From Eledone cirrhosa (Eukaryota): a stretch of 64,000 nucleotides of DNA. A program made the position numbers and the translations under genes. Shown here one piece after another: positions 41,574 to 54,969 of the stretch (within the stretch, counting starts at the first letter, position 1; each line of letters begins with the position of its first letter). Under the pieces are notes generated by a model, which was not told the origin of the DNA, ran no database searches, and saw only the letters and a list, made by a program, of their open reading frames with translations. The stretch is from the NCBI GenBank assembly GCA_964016885.1, contig OZ024741.1, positions 268,088,001 to 268,152,000 of the forward strand, read 5' to 3'.

Positions 41574-41616
41574 GGCTCTGAACTTAGTGAAGATGGCATT
41601 ACTAAACTACCCTCAG
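41574..41616 (+). CDS. Eip93F: 43-nt internal micro-exon of the E93-like gene
   Basis: Acceptor ttgacctttgcag| and donor CAG|gtaaat. Reads GSELSEDGITKLPS(G). Phase 0 in and phase 1 out is exactly the bridge needed between 35482 and 45424. Confidence 0.72.
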
Positions 41617-42409
41617 GTAAATCTTGACTTCTTCCTATTATTATTCATTCCACTTATTATTTATTTATCATTTATTGTTTATTCTGATTGGCAGAATCGG
41701 TAGAGCGTCGAGCAACATGCTTTGTGGCATAGAGTTACGTCCCTTTGCGTTCTGAGTTCATATTCCACTGAGGTTAGATTTGCCTTTCATCCTTAGTGGG
41801 GATCGATAAAATAAAGTACCAGTAATGCACTGCGGTCGATTTAATCGATGGTCCCCCTCCCAAAAATGATTGGCCTTGTGCCTAAATCAGAAACCATTAT
41901 TATTTTTCCTCCATCTTGTGTGTCATGCAGCAGCCATCAAACAAGATAAACCACATACATACACACACAGCCACATGCCCAAACATACACACACACAGAC
42001 ATCCAACCATCAACAGTCACCTACCTACCCACCCACACAGACAGACATTATGCATACACAGACACCAACCTACATACAGACATCCACACAAACACACACC
42101 ATAGACACACACAAATACCCCCCCCCCCATCTTCACCCTTGTTATTGACTATTTTTACAATACCTATGTAATATCAGTTCTGACTACAATCAATGCAATC
42201 AATCAAAAGTAATGATAGTTCAATAAAATGTTCTTTTGTTAATGTAGTATGTGCGTGATCCATTCATTGGTGGTAGGTATGGCAACAAATTGCCTGTTGT
42301 TAGATAGAATACCTTCTGGTATTTGTTCCAGCTCTCTACACTCTTAGTTTAAATCCCGCAACTCACAACCATCTTTAAAAAAAAATAGAGAACACTGAAC
42401 AATGAAGTC

Positions 42410-42610
42410 TTGGGGGAGAGTCATGTTGTTCTAATATTGCCAAAAAATAGTAAAACACACTCACTGTTTGGTTTTCGCTTCAGTATATTTTTATATGTTT
42501 CTATAAATGGCAATCAATGTTTATCATTGATTGACAGACAGTTAAAAATAGAAATATCAATATAAGTTGTTTTGTCACACATATCTGTGACATCTTCTGT
42601 GATGTGATTA
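42410..42610 (-). mobile_element. Solo copy of the Penelope pLTR-like segment with a mutated hammerhead
   Basis: Shares aaacacactcactgtttggttt...ggcaatca.tgtttatcattgattgac...gtcac..atatctgtgacatc with 61690-61905. The core boxes read CAGAAGA and AAAA. Confidence 0.65.
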
Positions 42611-43596
42611 TCACTGTATTTTTGGGGCGATATTAGGACAGCACGACTCTCCCCAAATATAACAATACCTATTTCAACACATGATTTCATATCAAAAACT
42701 TAGCAAAACAAATTCATTGCTGCTTTATATATTATTGTTAATTGTTTTGTGATTTTCTTTTCTTTTTTTAATGAAACCTTTATTTATTTTTACAGTATTA
42801 ATAATAATTTAGAATATTTATTTATTCATTTATTTATTAGACTATTATAGCTTTGATATTAAATTGGCAAAAAGATATGCCTGATAGTTCAGAATTGAAG
42901 AAAAACATAAACATGATACCAATGATACAACAGGCTAAAATATATTCAGAAAATTATGTCTGAGCTTGTAAGGCTATAAAGAGTTATTGTTGGTGTGATT
43001 CTTTTTACAAGATATATCTTATTTCTAGATTAGATAAAATATATTTATTTTGTTATTTTAAAATTGATATATTAACACTACTGACTTGCTTGAAAGCTAA
43101 CATGTGTCTTTCTGTATTACTGATGATGATGATGATGGATTTCATCTCTCATTTTCCGTGATGAATAATTATCATCTAATTTTTCTTCTTTTTTTTCCTG
43201 ACTTGCCGCTCTTGGTTTTCGACTTTCACTATCATACCTTATCTTGCATATTTAGAGCACCGTTTCAACAGTACTGTTATTATTGATTGATGTTTGGTAA
43301 CACCTTTCAGCCCTGATTGATCAAACACATGGCATGCATGTGAGAGTGTCTGTGTGTATGATTGGATACTTGTGAGTGGGTTTAGTAATTTTCATGGCTA
43401 GGATTTCTGTAGGCTTCTTTCAATCATTAAGTCAAATTTGTAATGGTATTGCATTACTTCCGACTGATCACCCTCTCTACTTCTGACACCACGTGCTTAA
43501 ATTAAATGTACCAGGCATTAAACAGTATCAGCCAATGTGTGCAAGAGAAGCAACAGCATTGCTGTGGACATATTGCCAGACCTATGTAAAGCACTG

Positions 43597-43830
43597 ACCA
43601 GATGTGAAATGTAGGCCTTCAAAGCTGGTTAAACTCCCAGACCAGGTGTAAAATGTAGGCCTTCAAAGCTGGTTAAACTCCCAGGTCAGATATAAAAGAT
43701 AGGCCCTCAAAGCTGGTTAAATGCCCAAACCAGATGAAAATATAAACCCTCAAAACCAGTTAAATGCCCAGATCAGATATAAAATGTAGACCACACTAGA
43801 AATAACCCAGGCCAGATATGAAGTGCAGGT
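43597..43830. repeat. Minisatellite, ~43-bp unit x5-6
   Basis: Repeated ccagatgt.aaatgtaggccttcaaagctggttaaactccc. Confidence 0.8.
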
Positions 43831-44699
43831 CCTATTTCAAACTGATTAAGAATGTTATTAATCATTGCTAAATATATTATTTATATGTGTATGTGATGTA
43901 CTTGCCAGTAACAGAACAACAAAATAGAAGATTTAGAACTTGAGCAGTTTTGGGGGTTTTTTAAATCAAACTCCAATCAAGGCAATAAAGCCATCAAAAT
44001 GTAAGAGGTTACTGAGAAAGGAAAAGAACAAAACAGAACATAGATCAAGGATGATGATGATTGATGTTGCTTTTGATTTTTTACAAATTGTAGTGGTCAG
44101 GAAAGCAAGAACCCCAAAGAGAATTCCATAGGTGAGATGTGTGAGGAAAAAACTATCAGAATAGAACTTGAGATTGTAAAGGGATGGAACTTAACTGCAA
44201 ATCTGGTCCTACATAGAAACTTATGAAAATGAAGCAACAAAGAAGAAAGTTTATAAGAACAATTTTCATAAAAATATTTATAGAAAAGGCTCAAAGAAAA
44301 CAACATTTCGATGGTGTCATAATGATTGAAGCCAACATAAGTCAGAACCAACAATGCTGGTGAAACCTCCTTGGATTTTATCCAGTCTCTCAAGATGCAC
44401 AACAGAAGCACCAGACCAGATGTACTCACTACAAGGACAAATAGTAAATTTATAACGATGTAAGATACTTTCAGGGACAGCAAACTTGGCAATTAATGCA
44501 GTTTAAATCATTGGAAAATGTTAGACCAGGTGAACAGGGCCCTTCAAAATTGTAGGCCCAAACCAATTGACCCAGCTGTTTTAACCCTTCTGGTCAGACT
44601 TGCATATAATGCAAACGATTAATGAATGCTAGATGAAAAAGGGGATACATGCAGTTGGTGGATATTATTTGTAATAGATGAATATGTGGTGATTTTCAT

Positions 44700-45185
44700 G
44701 AGTGATAAAAGGCTGAATTAAGTGCAAAATTACAGGTACTGGTGCACATTTGCGCCTGCTTCAGTACTCGGTCATCAGAAGAAGTGAGGTAGGTGTAAAA
44801 ACCAAACTTGCTACCTTCAATTCAATATTTGTGCCACTCCTTACCCATAGTCATGAATCTTGGGTAATGACAGAAAGAATACAATCGTGAATACAAGCAG
44901 CCAGAATGGGGATCCTCCAACGGGTCTTTGGAGTAACATTACTCAATTGAGTATGTAACTCAGAAATCAGGGAATCACTCCACGTAGAGCTGTAATAGCT
45001 CTGATACTGAAGACATGCAGTTAGTGTCTAAAGAAAGAATCACTGGACATATTTTACAGGCAAAACTAGCTGGCAGGAGACCCCGGATAGACCATGAGCA
45101 ACATGGTTGAATAACACCCATGAGCTCAGTTGATCTTATTTTGGAAGCCAGCTGGATCATTTGGAGACAGTTGCTTCTGATATGA
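44700..45185 (+). mobile_element. Degenerate RTE LINE 3' fragment; related piece at ~2150-2390
   Basis: LTHSHESWVMTERIQS..AARMGILQRVFGVTLL and GRRPR motifs; GHVVRMSKERITEQIL at ~2160. Confidence 0.65.
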
Positions 45186-45423
45186 CCTTCTTAGGAATAA
45201 CTAGGTGAAGAAGTTTTTCATTTGTTGTATTTTAACTGAAGGTTTCAAATAATGTTTATATATTTTCACTATAACTGAAGGAACCAAATGCACAACCACT
45301 CTGCCTTACAGCCCTTTCAAATATCCCTTCACACCTGACTGTCATACTCAATTTATTTTGGCTGATAGTTTTTCATTTGTATTTTATTATTTTATGAATT
45401 ATTTTTATATTTTATATTTGAAG

Positions 45424-45631
45424 GGTTCAAATGCACAGCTGATCTTCTACCATACTGCCCCCAGTACTATACCCAAGCTGCACAACAGGACTCAGCCCAG
45501 CAGCCACTTGACCTCAGTTCTAATGGTTGTAGTCTGGACAATGTACCCTCTCCAGGCAGTGCCTGGGAGTTAGATCTAGTAACCAAACCACATGTTGAAT
45601 TAAAGATACCACATATTACAATGCAGGCAGG
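45424..45631 (+). CDS. Eip93F: Internal coding exon of the E93-like gene carrying the CtBP-binding PLDLS motif
   Basis: T-rich tract plus ttgaag| acceptor and GG|gtaagt donor. Reads (G)FKCTADLLPYCPQYYTQAAQQDSAQQPLDLSSNGCSLDNVPSPGSAWELDLVTKPHVELKIPHITMQA(G). Phase 1 in and phase 2 out match both neighbours. QPLDLS is typical of E93/LCoR. Confidence 0.88.
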
Positions 45632-46009
45632 GTAAGTAACAACAACAACATCATCATCATCATTCTCATCCTTTTTACATCCATTGTTTTCCCATGCTTG
45701 CATGGGTTGGGTAAGTCTTTTCTGGCACAGCTTCCCTCCACTTATGGCACTCCTTCGTCATCTCTTCTATTGAAGTTTAGTGTTTTGAGATGTACTCTCA
45801 CCACTTCTACCCAGACCCAGTTTTTCCTTAGTCTACTTCTACTGCAACTTCCCTCCTCTTGGAACTCCTGGCACTTCTTTACCCAATGATCATCATCCAA
45901 AACTATTTCCCTTGTCAGTACCGGATGGGTGGCAGAATTAGAAGAGCATCATATCAAATGCATTACAGTATTTGGTTATATCAATTTATATTATGAGTTC
46001 AAATCTCAT

Positions 46010-47620
46010 CCAGGTTCACTTTGCCATCTTTCTGATCTCAATTCTGTTCAGGAAGATTATGAACAGGTGTGGTTACAGTATGCACCTTTGGCAGAGTCCA
46101 ACACCTACATTGAATGGTTTCAACTTATCACGATTTATCGAAACCCAAATACTAGGGAGACTTGAGGACAACAAAGAGCTGTCCATTTATCCCATACTCC
46201 TGCAGAATCTTCCCCAACAAGTCCTGTGGAATGCAGTCATATGCCTTTTCAAGGTCTATGAAACAAGCATACATCTGTTGGCAATACTCCCATGATTTGT
46301 CAAAGACCTGCTGCATTGTGAATATTTGATTGGCTGTTCATCAGCTAACTTTGACTTGAAAATATCCCTATATTTCTTTGTTAGAAACTTAGCATAGACT
46401 TTACCTGGGAGGCTTAACAAGGAAATCCCTCTATAATTAGAGCAATCTCTTTTGTCCCCTTTTTGAAAATTGGGATTATCATTCACAATTGCCATTGCTT
46501 TGGTGCCTTTCCAGAGATCTAGACCACACAACACAGATGAGTTAGCCAGAGAATACCTTCTCTATTTAACCCTTTAGTATTTAAACCAACCAGAATACTC
46601 TCACCTCTTTCTGTTTGAACTGGTTGTAACCAGCCACTCATACTGATGTTAAGGTATTGTTCTCCAAATAAATAATATCAAAATCCCATAGATTTTGATA
46701 TTATGTGAGATAATTACGTAAGATAAAGCCTTTCCCATGAAAATACAATTGTAAATATAGAGTAATGCAAATGCTAAAGTGTTAAGGCTTTTAAAATCTC
46801 AGGCCGAATTTATATCCTCCTTAGATACCTGTCCACATTTGAGTTCTTTAATTGCTCTGGTGACCTTAGCCTCCAAGAGGTTAGTTATCACTTCTAAATA
46901 CACTTCATATACATCAGATGATATTGTGACTGGGTTTAGTAGATCAGCAAAGTATTCTGTCTACATAAGGAGGAGAACTTATTATGAAGTCAGCACATGT
47001 TCTGCCAGAATACATTATTTACTGATCTAAAGTTGAATTCCATCTTAACCTCAATGTCCTCTTGTGTCTTAACCTTGGAAGCCTTTACTCTTTCTGCTGT
47101 GACTTTTCACACCTGCTCGTATTGTAAGTGGATGAAGGAGGACTTATTTCCAAGCCAAGCCTCCTTCTTTGCTTGGATGGCATCTTTGACCTGATTGAAC
47201 CAAGAGGTCTTCCTGCCACCCAATGCCACACTCAGCCGCTTTTACTCACAACATTTAACAGCTGAAGTGGAAACTGCCAAGCAGAACAGTCTCCACTCCG
47301 TTTCAACGTCCTCAGAGTGTTCAGGAAGTTCCCTGAATTTGGATGCAAAAGTATCTGTATACCTAACCTTGACTTCCTTATCAACCAATGCTGACCACTT
47401 TATTCTGTAGTTCGACCTGGACCTGAAAGTTTCATGGGCTTTCTTGGCTTTAGATAGTCTTAGGTTGCAGATAACTAGATGGTGAGCAGTTAACAGCTCA
47501 GCCCCTCTCTTAACACCAACATGTGCATTGAAGACTCCCATTAGGATATATGACTGTTGTAACTACATCTAACACTGCAGTGACTTCATCAAGGAAGGAT
47601 CTGTATTCAGACAGAGTCCA
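46010..47620 (-). mobile_element. Degenerate RTE (Expander-like) LINE fragment (endonuclease-to-RT region) interrupted by a MITE
   Basis: KGDKRDCSNYRGISLLSLPGKVYAK, MGVFNAHVG and HHLVICNL. Removing the 46570-46781 insert restores RPEILKALNREGILWLT. Confidence 0.85.
46570..46781. mobile_element. piggyBac-like MITE, same family; truncated copy at ~16216-16430
   Basis: TTAA|CCCTTTAGTATTT ... AAATGCTAAAGTG|TTAA. Excision leaving one TTAA restores the host RTE reading frame. Confidence 0.85.
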
Positions 47621-48243
47621 TTTATGCATACTAAATAGCATTAGATATGATGAATAGAGAGTCACTTTATACCTGCTAACTGAAGAGCACTCAATATGAT
47701 GAATATAGTTCTTTATACTTACGAAACTTTCTGCTGTTGAAAACCTCACTCTACATATATCTAAATTCATTATGTTATAGCTTAAACATATAAGATGAAG
47801 AGAAGAAGTTTGGTATCAAATCTTTGATGAATTACATTCTAAATTCCTTATTAGTTGTGTTGATAACATAGGGCTTGCCTTTACAAGTTTCACAATTAGT
47901 TGGCTGTTCATCAGAAGATTAGTACTCATCTCATATCCTTCTGCTAATGAAGAGAACTCATAGCAAATTGTTATTTATAGCCAACATAAACCAGAACTTC
48001 ACTGAAATAGTCAGTCTAATTTGCATAATGTGCATTCAGTGGCGACTTAATTATTATAAAATCAAAGATAAATTTGATATATGTTAACCTGAAATGGTTT
48101 AGTCTTAAATGTATGCTCTATTTCCATTATACATACATAATGCTTTCTTTATTAGCCACAAGGGTTGATTTATACATACATAATAGATATTTAATACATA
48201 AAATTTATTGTTAAAAAATGATTTATTTATTCATATCTTTCAG

Positions 48244-50467
48244 GAAATGCAAAAAGGACACTCACCTTCAGAATGGCAAGAAAGCTTATACTGAAGAGGA
48301 ATTGGTGAATGCAGTCTTTGAAATCCGTAGTGGAAAACTTGGTACACGTAGAGCTGCTGTGCTCTATGGCATTCCCCGTTCTACTCTTCGTAATAAAATT
48401 TTTAAAATGGAAACAGAACAACAACAAAGACAACAACAACAGCTACAACAACAACAACAACAGTCAGTTGCTCCAAATTTGGAACATGATTGCAGTGAAG
48501 ATAGTCAGCATTCTGAGAGTACAAATAATAATAATAATAATAGTAATAATAATAATAATAACAATAACAACAATAATAATAGTAATAATAATATTAATAA
48601 TAGTGTGCAATGTACATCTACTACAGCCACCACATCATCAACAGCAACAATTTCCACCCCATCAGATTCCAACCGTTTGTCTCCTTATAGTTTGTTGCTC
48701 CCTCCTGTGGTGATGAACAGCCTCTCAAGTTCGCGTGACTTTATGCTACACTCCGAAGATGACTGGGAAAAGAAACTTGATCAGATTCGACGTAAGCACA
48801 ACCTAAACGGTGCCTCAGCAGAAGTAAAATACGAGAAACTGCCTTCTCTAGCTGCTACTACTACAACTACTACTAATAATAATAATAACAGCAACAATAT
48901 TAATAATATTAACACTAATACTACTACTAATACTATTACTAATACTAACAATAACAACAGTGCACTAAACACTGATTTCAAATTGCCTCTGTTGCATGAA
49001 CTGGTGCGAAAAATGACCGAGCAGCGACTCCTTAGTGAACAGAAATCCTCAAACACAAAGTCACCAGTTGCCTTAGAAATCCTTCGTCAACCACACGAGG
49101 CAAATCGCCATCATCAACGGCAGCAGCGACAACAGCAGCCTATTAGCAACTGCTCTGGCACTCAAACTGCGGAACCGACGCCTAGTTACAGACCTATGTC
49201 CTTGAAAATTCCGTCCTACCGGCCTGCAAAAACACAAAACAACAACCACAACAACCACCACAACCACAACACAGACAGCACTGGTGTAGTTGAGGAACGG
49301 CCTTATGACAGCATGAAGATTGGCGATGCCCTCAAAGATATTATCGTGAAGACTATTTCAGAAAAGGTTTACAAGCGTAAACATCAAGGAGATAGCTTCA
49401 GTACCACTCAAGATGAGAACCATCCAGGTAACAACAACAGCAACAACAATAACAACAACTGCAAGACATATTCCTCTTCATCATCATCATCATCATCGTC
49501 ATCAAACGCTTCCTCTATGGTAGCCAACAAAAAAATGAAGAGATCTGTGGGTCTAGATAAAAAAGCGACAGAAAGTACTGTTGACAGTTCCAAACCTGTG
49601 AAAAAAACCCGCCCCAAGCGAGGCCAGTATCGCAAATACAACAGCCAGTTGTTAATGGAAGCCGTACGCGCTGTTCAACGGGGAGAGATGAGTGTGCATC
49701 GTGCAGGCAGCTACTATGGTGTGCCGCACTCTACATTGGAGTATAAGGTGAAAGAGAGACATCTTCTGCGACAGAAGAAAATCAAAGAATCTCAGTTGCA
49801 AAATGAAGCTAACAACAACAACAACACCACCAACACCACCAACAACAACAACAATAATAATACAAATAATACTATCATCAACAACAACACATCCTCTGAG
49901 GACTCAAGCATCACAAATCCCATATCTGTTGGCTCCGGGGTTAGCACAGCAGTTGGTGCAGGTAGCAGTGGGGTTGGCTCCACGGTTGCAGGTTCTGCTA
50001 ACAGTACTAATACTGGTAGCAGCAGCAGCAGCAGCAGCGGCAGTAGCAGCAACAGCAGCAGCAGTGGTGTCCCCAAAATTAGCAACACCTCCAACAGTAG
50101 CAACAATTCTATAAAAACTGAAAAGTCTACTGGTAATATTAACAGCAGCAGCAGCAGCAACAGCAGCAGTAGCAACAGCAGCAGTAACACTAAAAATACT
50201 GGTAAAAATGACTGCAAACCACTGAATTCAGTTTGGTTACAACAGTATGGCAATGGACTGCCACCTCAGTATGATGCATCTGGTATGAATCTTTTTAGCA
50301 GTAGCTTTGCTCTGAGCACACCAGCCTCAGAACTCCTGCGCAAACTGCAGCATAAAGTTCAGAGTAAATCCAATACATTTGCTCAAGATGCTAACTTCCT
50401 TGCTGGAGCCCTGCACAGACCAAATGGGATGAATTCATTAGGGAATAGTTTTTTATTTATTAATTAA
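48244..50467 (+). CDS. Eip93F: Terminal coding exon of an E93/Mblk-1/LCoR-like transcription factor with two Pipsqueak HTH domains
   Basis: Long ORF with psq-HTH1 KKAYTEEELVNAVFEIRSGKLGTRRAAVLYGIPRSTLRNKI (~48278-48400) and psq-HTH2 KKTRPKRGQYRKYNSQLLMEAVRAVQRGEMSVHRAGSYYGVPHSTLEYKVKERHLLR (~49601-49771), plus an LKIPSYRP motif and polyN/Q/S/T tracts. Acceptor tctttcag|G at 48243/48244 is phase 2; stop TAA ends at 50467. The track's ATG at 48218 is intronic. Confidence 0.93.
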
Positions 50468-52067
50468 AATCCCAAATGGGTGGGTGGGTATCTTTGAAGA
50501 ATTTGAAAATATATATTAAATTAAATTAAATTATAGTAAAAATAAAATAACCAGCAATTATTTATTTCAAATAATAATTTAATAAAATATTCAACAAATA
50601 AAAAATATATATATATATCATGAAAAAAAAAGAAAAAAAATCATCTCCAGGGAAAAACTGAAACTAAAAAAACTTAATTATCATAATGACATCAGCTTAA
50701 GATGTTGAGTTGTTGCTGAAAATGGTAAAAAAAAAAAAAGGGGGTCTTTCTTTACCATCTGTCTTCACTACATGGAAGCCATGTGTCTGTGTGCATGGCT
50801 GAGCAGTGTGTATGCAGCATATATTAGTGGCTGTTCCTACAAATGAATGGTCTATCTATTTCAAACTGTTTGGCACCAGTCACACTCCAGCTGGTCAGGA
50901 TCAATATCATTTTTTGCTTGAATTGAACACAGTTTAAAAAAAAAAAAATTCTGCTGGAATTCTACTAGAGTGCATCATCGTCACCCCCACCTCCACCCCA
51001 CGTTAGCATTAGCTTCATGGGACTCTATTTTTCTGCACCAGTGTCTGTTCTGCTTTTTTAAATTGTTGGGGGTTTTTTTTTTCTTCTTTTTTCTTTTTGT
51101 GACTGGCATCTTTTACAACACATGAACCAGTGTTGAAAAAAATGTTAGTTTTGAAAAAAAAAATGCTCAACAAAACTGCAGGTTGACTTTTGAAAGCCAA
51201 AGCAATGATGTAAATTTTAAAAAAAAATTATGTGAGAAAAAAAAAATTAAAATAATCCCGCAAAAAAAAATATACTAAAAAGAATATTTATTTTTTATAT
51301 GTCAGCACCAAGTCGTATTGATGTCAGTAAAATAGTCCTCTTGGTATTCTAGCCACACACACAAAAAAAAAATCCCTTTAAGACATGGCATGGTTTAGCT
51401 TGGATGAAAAAAAAATTATGAGTCTAATCATTACTTTCTACAGAGCTAGGCTATTTTAATCATGTATCATCTTAAATATATCCAGCTGTATGTTTGTCAA
51501 AAGCTCAGGTGACCAGAGCCATCATCAGCTCTTGGGTCTTTTCAACAATTTAAAAAAAAAAAAATACATCCTACACTCTGCCTCTAAAACTTGCCAATCT
51601 AAATATGGCATGAAGTATTAATTCTTGCAGGTTTTGGTTGGATTTAACAACAGTGCTGTGGAAAATAAATGAAAAAAAAAACTCTAAAGAAAATCTAAAA
51701 ATTGTGCATTAAAAAATATAGTATATAATATACATACATATATACACACACACACATATATTATATATGTACACACACACACACACACATATATATATTA
51801 TATATATATATATATGAAAAAACAGAGAAAATATTTAAATGAACTGTTTGTTTCAGGCATTGCCCTCAGCAATAAGAGGGAAACTTCATGGTAGTAATAT
51901 TCTGAATTAAATTCCATGACTAAGTCTAGCATGATTATGACAATTACTTGATTCAACATCATTGTTACTCTTACATAACAAGCCAAGATATTAATGGTGC
52001 TTTTAATAGCACCACAACCACTTACGTGTTATTCAATATCAACTGTTCAATATTATCCCTTGGCACA

Positions 52068-52143
<76 letters not shown>

Positions 52144-52430
52144 AACAATATACACACATTGAAACAAACCCCCACAATATATATATGCACACACATACAG
52201 GCATACATAAAGACTGTTTACATTCCCAAAAGAAGCCAAACTTTAAATATGGACCAAGGGATGCATTGCCACTAAACTCGTGGCTTCACTAAATGAAAGT
52301 ATATTTATTTCTATTTATTATTCAGAGTTTAGAAATGTTTGAAAGAGTGCTAATCTATTTTTGGTTTACATGTATTTTTATTTGTATGTCTTTTAAAAAA
52401 TAATAATAACATAAGAACACAAAGCCCAGT
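50468..52430 (+). other. Probable 3' UTR of the E93-like gene (end uncertain)
   Basis: Follows the stop codon. A/U-rich with no recognisable SINE/LINE copies over ~2 kb. Several AATAAA hexamers (~50541, 50581, 51664). Confidence 0.5.
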
Positions 52431-52474
52431 TTGCTCAAACACTGTTGGTTGGCTCAGCAGCAGCAACACCACTA

Positions 52475-52523
52475 CATATATATATGTATGTGTATATATA
52501 TATATATATATTATATATATATA

Positions 52524-52566
<43 letters not shown>

Positions 52567-52581
52567 GTGTATGTCTATATA

Positions 52582-52680
<99 letters not shown>

Positions 52681-52695
52681 GTGTATGTCTATATA

Positions 52696-52728
<33 letters not shown>

Positions 52729-52806
52729 TGTATGTATGTCTATATAAATCTATATATATATATATATATATTGTGTGTATGTCTATATAAATATATATAT
52801 ATATAC

Positions 52807-52848
<42 letters not shown>

Positions 52849-52914
52849 ATATATATATATTGTGTGTCTATATAAATATTTATATATATACATAGATATA
52901 TATAATATATATAT

Positions 52915-52947
<33 letters not shown>

Positions 52948-53000
52948 GTATATATATATATATGTATATAGACATACACACACACACACACATACACACA
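52475..53000. repeat. TA-rich microsatellite with a recurring ttgtgtgtatgtctatataaat unit
   Basis: Directly visible. Confidence 0.95.
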
Positions 53001-53454
53001 TTACTATTCTACTCAGTTAAGGTAAGACTTATAGTCCAATTAGCACTTGATGTAGTGATGATATGAATATCTCATCAAAACAAAACAAAATTTAGATTTT
53101 GTGGAAAAGTGATAGCTTATTACATGTTGAGTATTCAAGAACTACAGAGACAGAAATATAATGTTGAACAATGAAAACAAATAAGACAAGGTTTTGTAGT
53201 TAATTAATCCATTGTTTAAGGATCATTTCAAAAGGAAAATAGACAAAAATTATTATCGATATCCAGACTAAGAGACAGTAGTTATGCAACCCCTTGTTAA
53301 AATACATCCAGTTTGCCGTTCCCCCTCAGAAACGAATATTTACTAACAAATGAATATATATATAGGTATATGAGATATGTTTTCAGTTCCCCTAGTTCAG
53401 GGATAGTGTAGAAATAAACCCTACTGTATCGCTTATCTGTGTTAATCCTCTTTT

Positions 53455-53490
<36 letters not shown>

Positions 53491-54921
53491 TAAGACCTAT
53501 GTTCAGATAACTCTTGCAGAAGGTCAATGTATGGTATGAAGTTGTATAATTTTTAGCGGAAAGGGTGGAGTAAGTTTAAGTTATTAACTATAACCAGATG
53601 GGTAGTGGGTTGACCCTGCAGTATTGGAAAAGCAATGGACAAGATGACCTTACAGCATTTAGGTATATCCCTTTATGTTCTCAGTTTGGAATGGGGGCAA
53701 GTTGATTTGCCCCTTTTATCCCCACTTCTGACATGTGGGGCTTGTTGATAAAATAAAGTAGCTATTAAGTACTGCTGGAGAGGGTGTCATACACCTACTC
53801 CTGCCCCCTGTAGTCCGTCGTGAGCCCGAAGTCTTATTAGGCTGCTGCTTATCCCAGTTTCTGTGACATTAAGCAACTTAGAGTACAAGACTCCCCACTG
53901 GACAGGATGCCAGTCCATTGCAAGGTTAAACTCCCAGATACTGCTGGTACTCATTTTCAGCTGAGTATACTGGAGCAATGTGAAATGAAGTGTTTTGCTC
54001 AAGAACACAACACACAATCCAGTCCAGGAATCAAACCCACGACATTATGATCATAAGTCCAACACACCACTAGGCCACATGCCACCACCTGCTCCCTAGA
54101 AGAAAGAAAAAATTTAAGAGGCCTTGGGCTTAATTTAAAATTCATTATTAATCACTACTATCAAACTTTTTATATTTAAGTTGTCAGATAATTTATATTT
54201 TATTCTATATTATTATTATTATTATTATTATTATTGTTGGCAGAATCTGTAGAGGGTCGGACGTCATGCTTTGTAACAAAGAGTTACAGCCCTGCAAGGT
54301 CTGAGTTCAAATCCCACTAAGGTGAACTTTGTCTTTCATCCTTACGGAGTCGATAAAATAAAGTACTGGTATAATTGCTGGCCTTGTGCCAAAAGTAGAA
54401 ACAATTATTATTAATTTTATTGTATTTGTAGGGCGATGGATTGGCAAACAAATGCTTTACAGTATTTGCTGTGGCTCAAGTGTCTGAGGATGATAAAATA
54501 AAATACCAGTGGACTACTGGAGTTGATATAATCAACTTTCACTTCCCCATCTCACAAAATTGCTGGCCTTGTGCCTAAATTAGAAATTCTACCACCACCA
54601 CCACCACATTTTACCATCATTAGTTGGTTTTGTTTTCCTAATTACCCATCCTCATCACAGATTTCTACAGAAATTATTATTATTTTATTCCTGTTCTCAA
54701 CTTAGTAAACACATGTGCCTGTCTGTTAGAGCCATGCAGCTGCTGCTACTGCATATGAATGGTCAAAACGCCTGCTGAAGCCAACAACCTCTCCCCCCAT
54801 CCCCTCATCACTCTTTTACTCACTCCTTTCTCTCTTCCATGCCTGTCTTTCTCTTGTTTGCTATCTATCTATCTCTCTATCTATCAATGGGTATCTTTTT
54901 TTAACTAACCTTAGACCTATC

Positions 54922-54969
<48 letters not shown>

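Noticed and set aside
48218-48243. ATG start of the 749-aa ORF
   Set aside because: MIYLFISF is the polypyrimidine tract and acceptor (tctttcag). The upstream exon at 45424-45631 supplies the correct phase.
49792-50253. Antisense Leu-rich ORFs opposite the terminal exon
   Set aside because: They are shadow frames of the polyS/polyN codon repeats.
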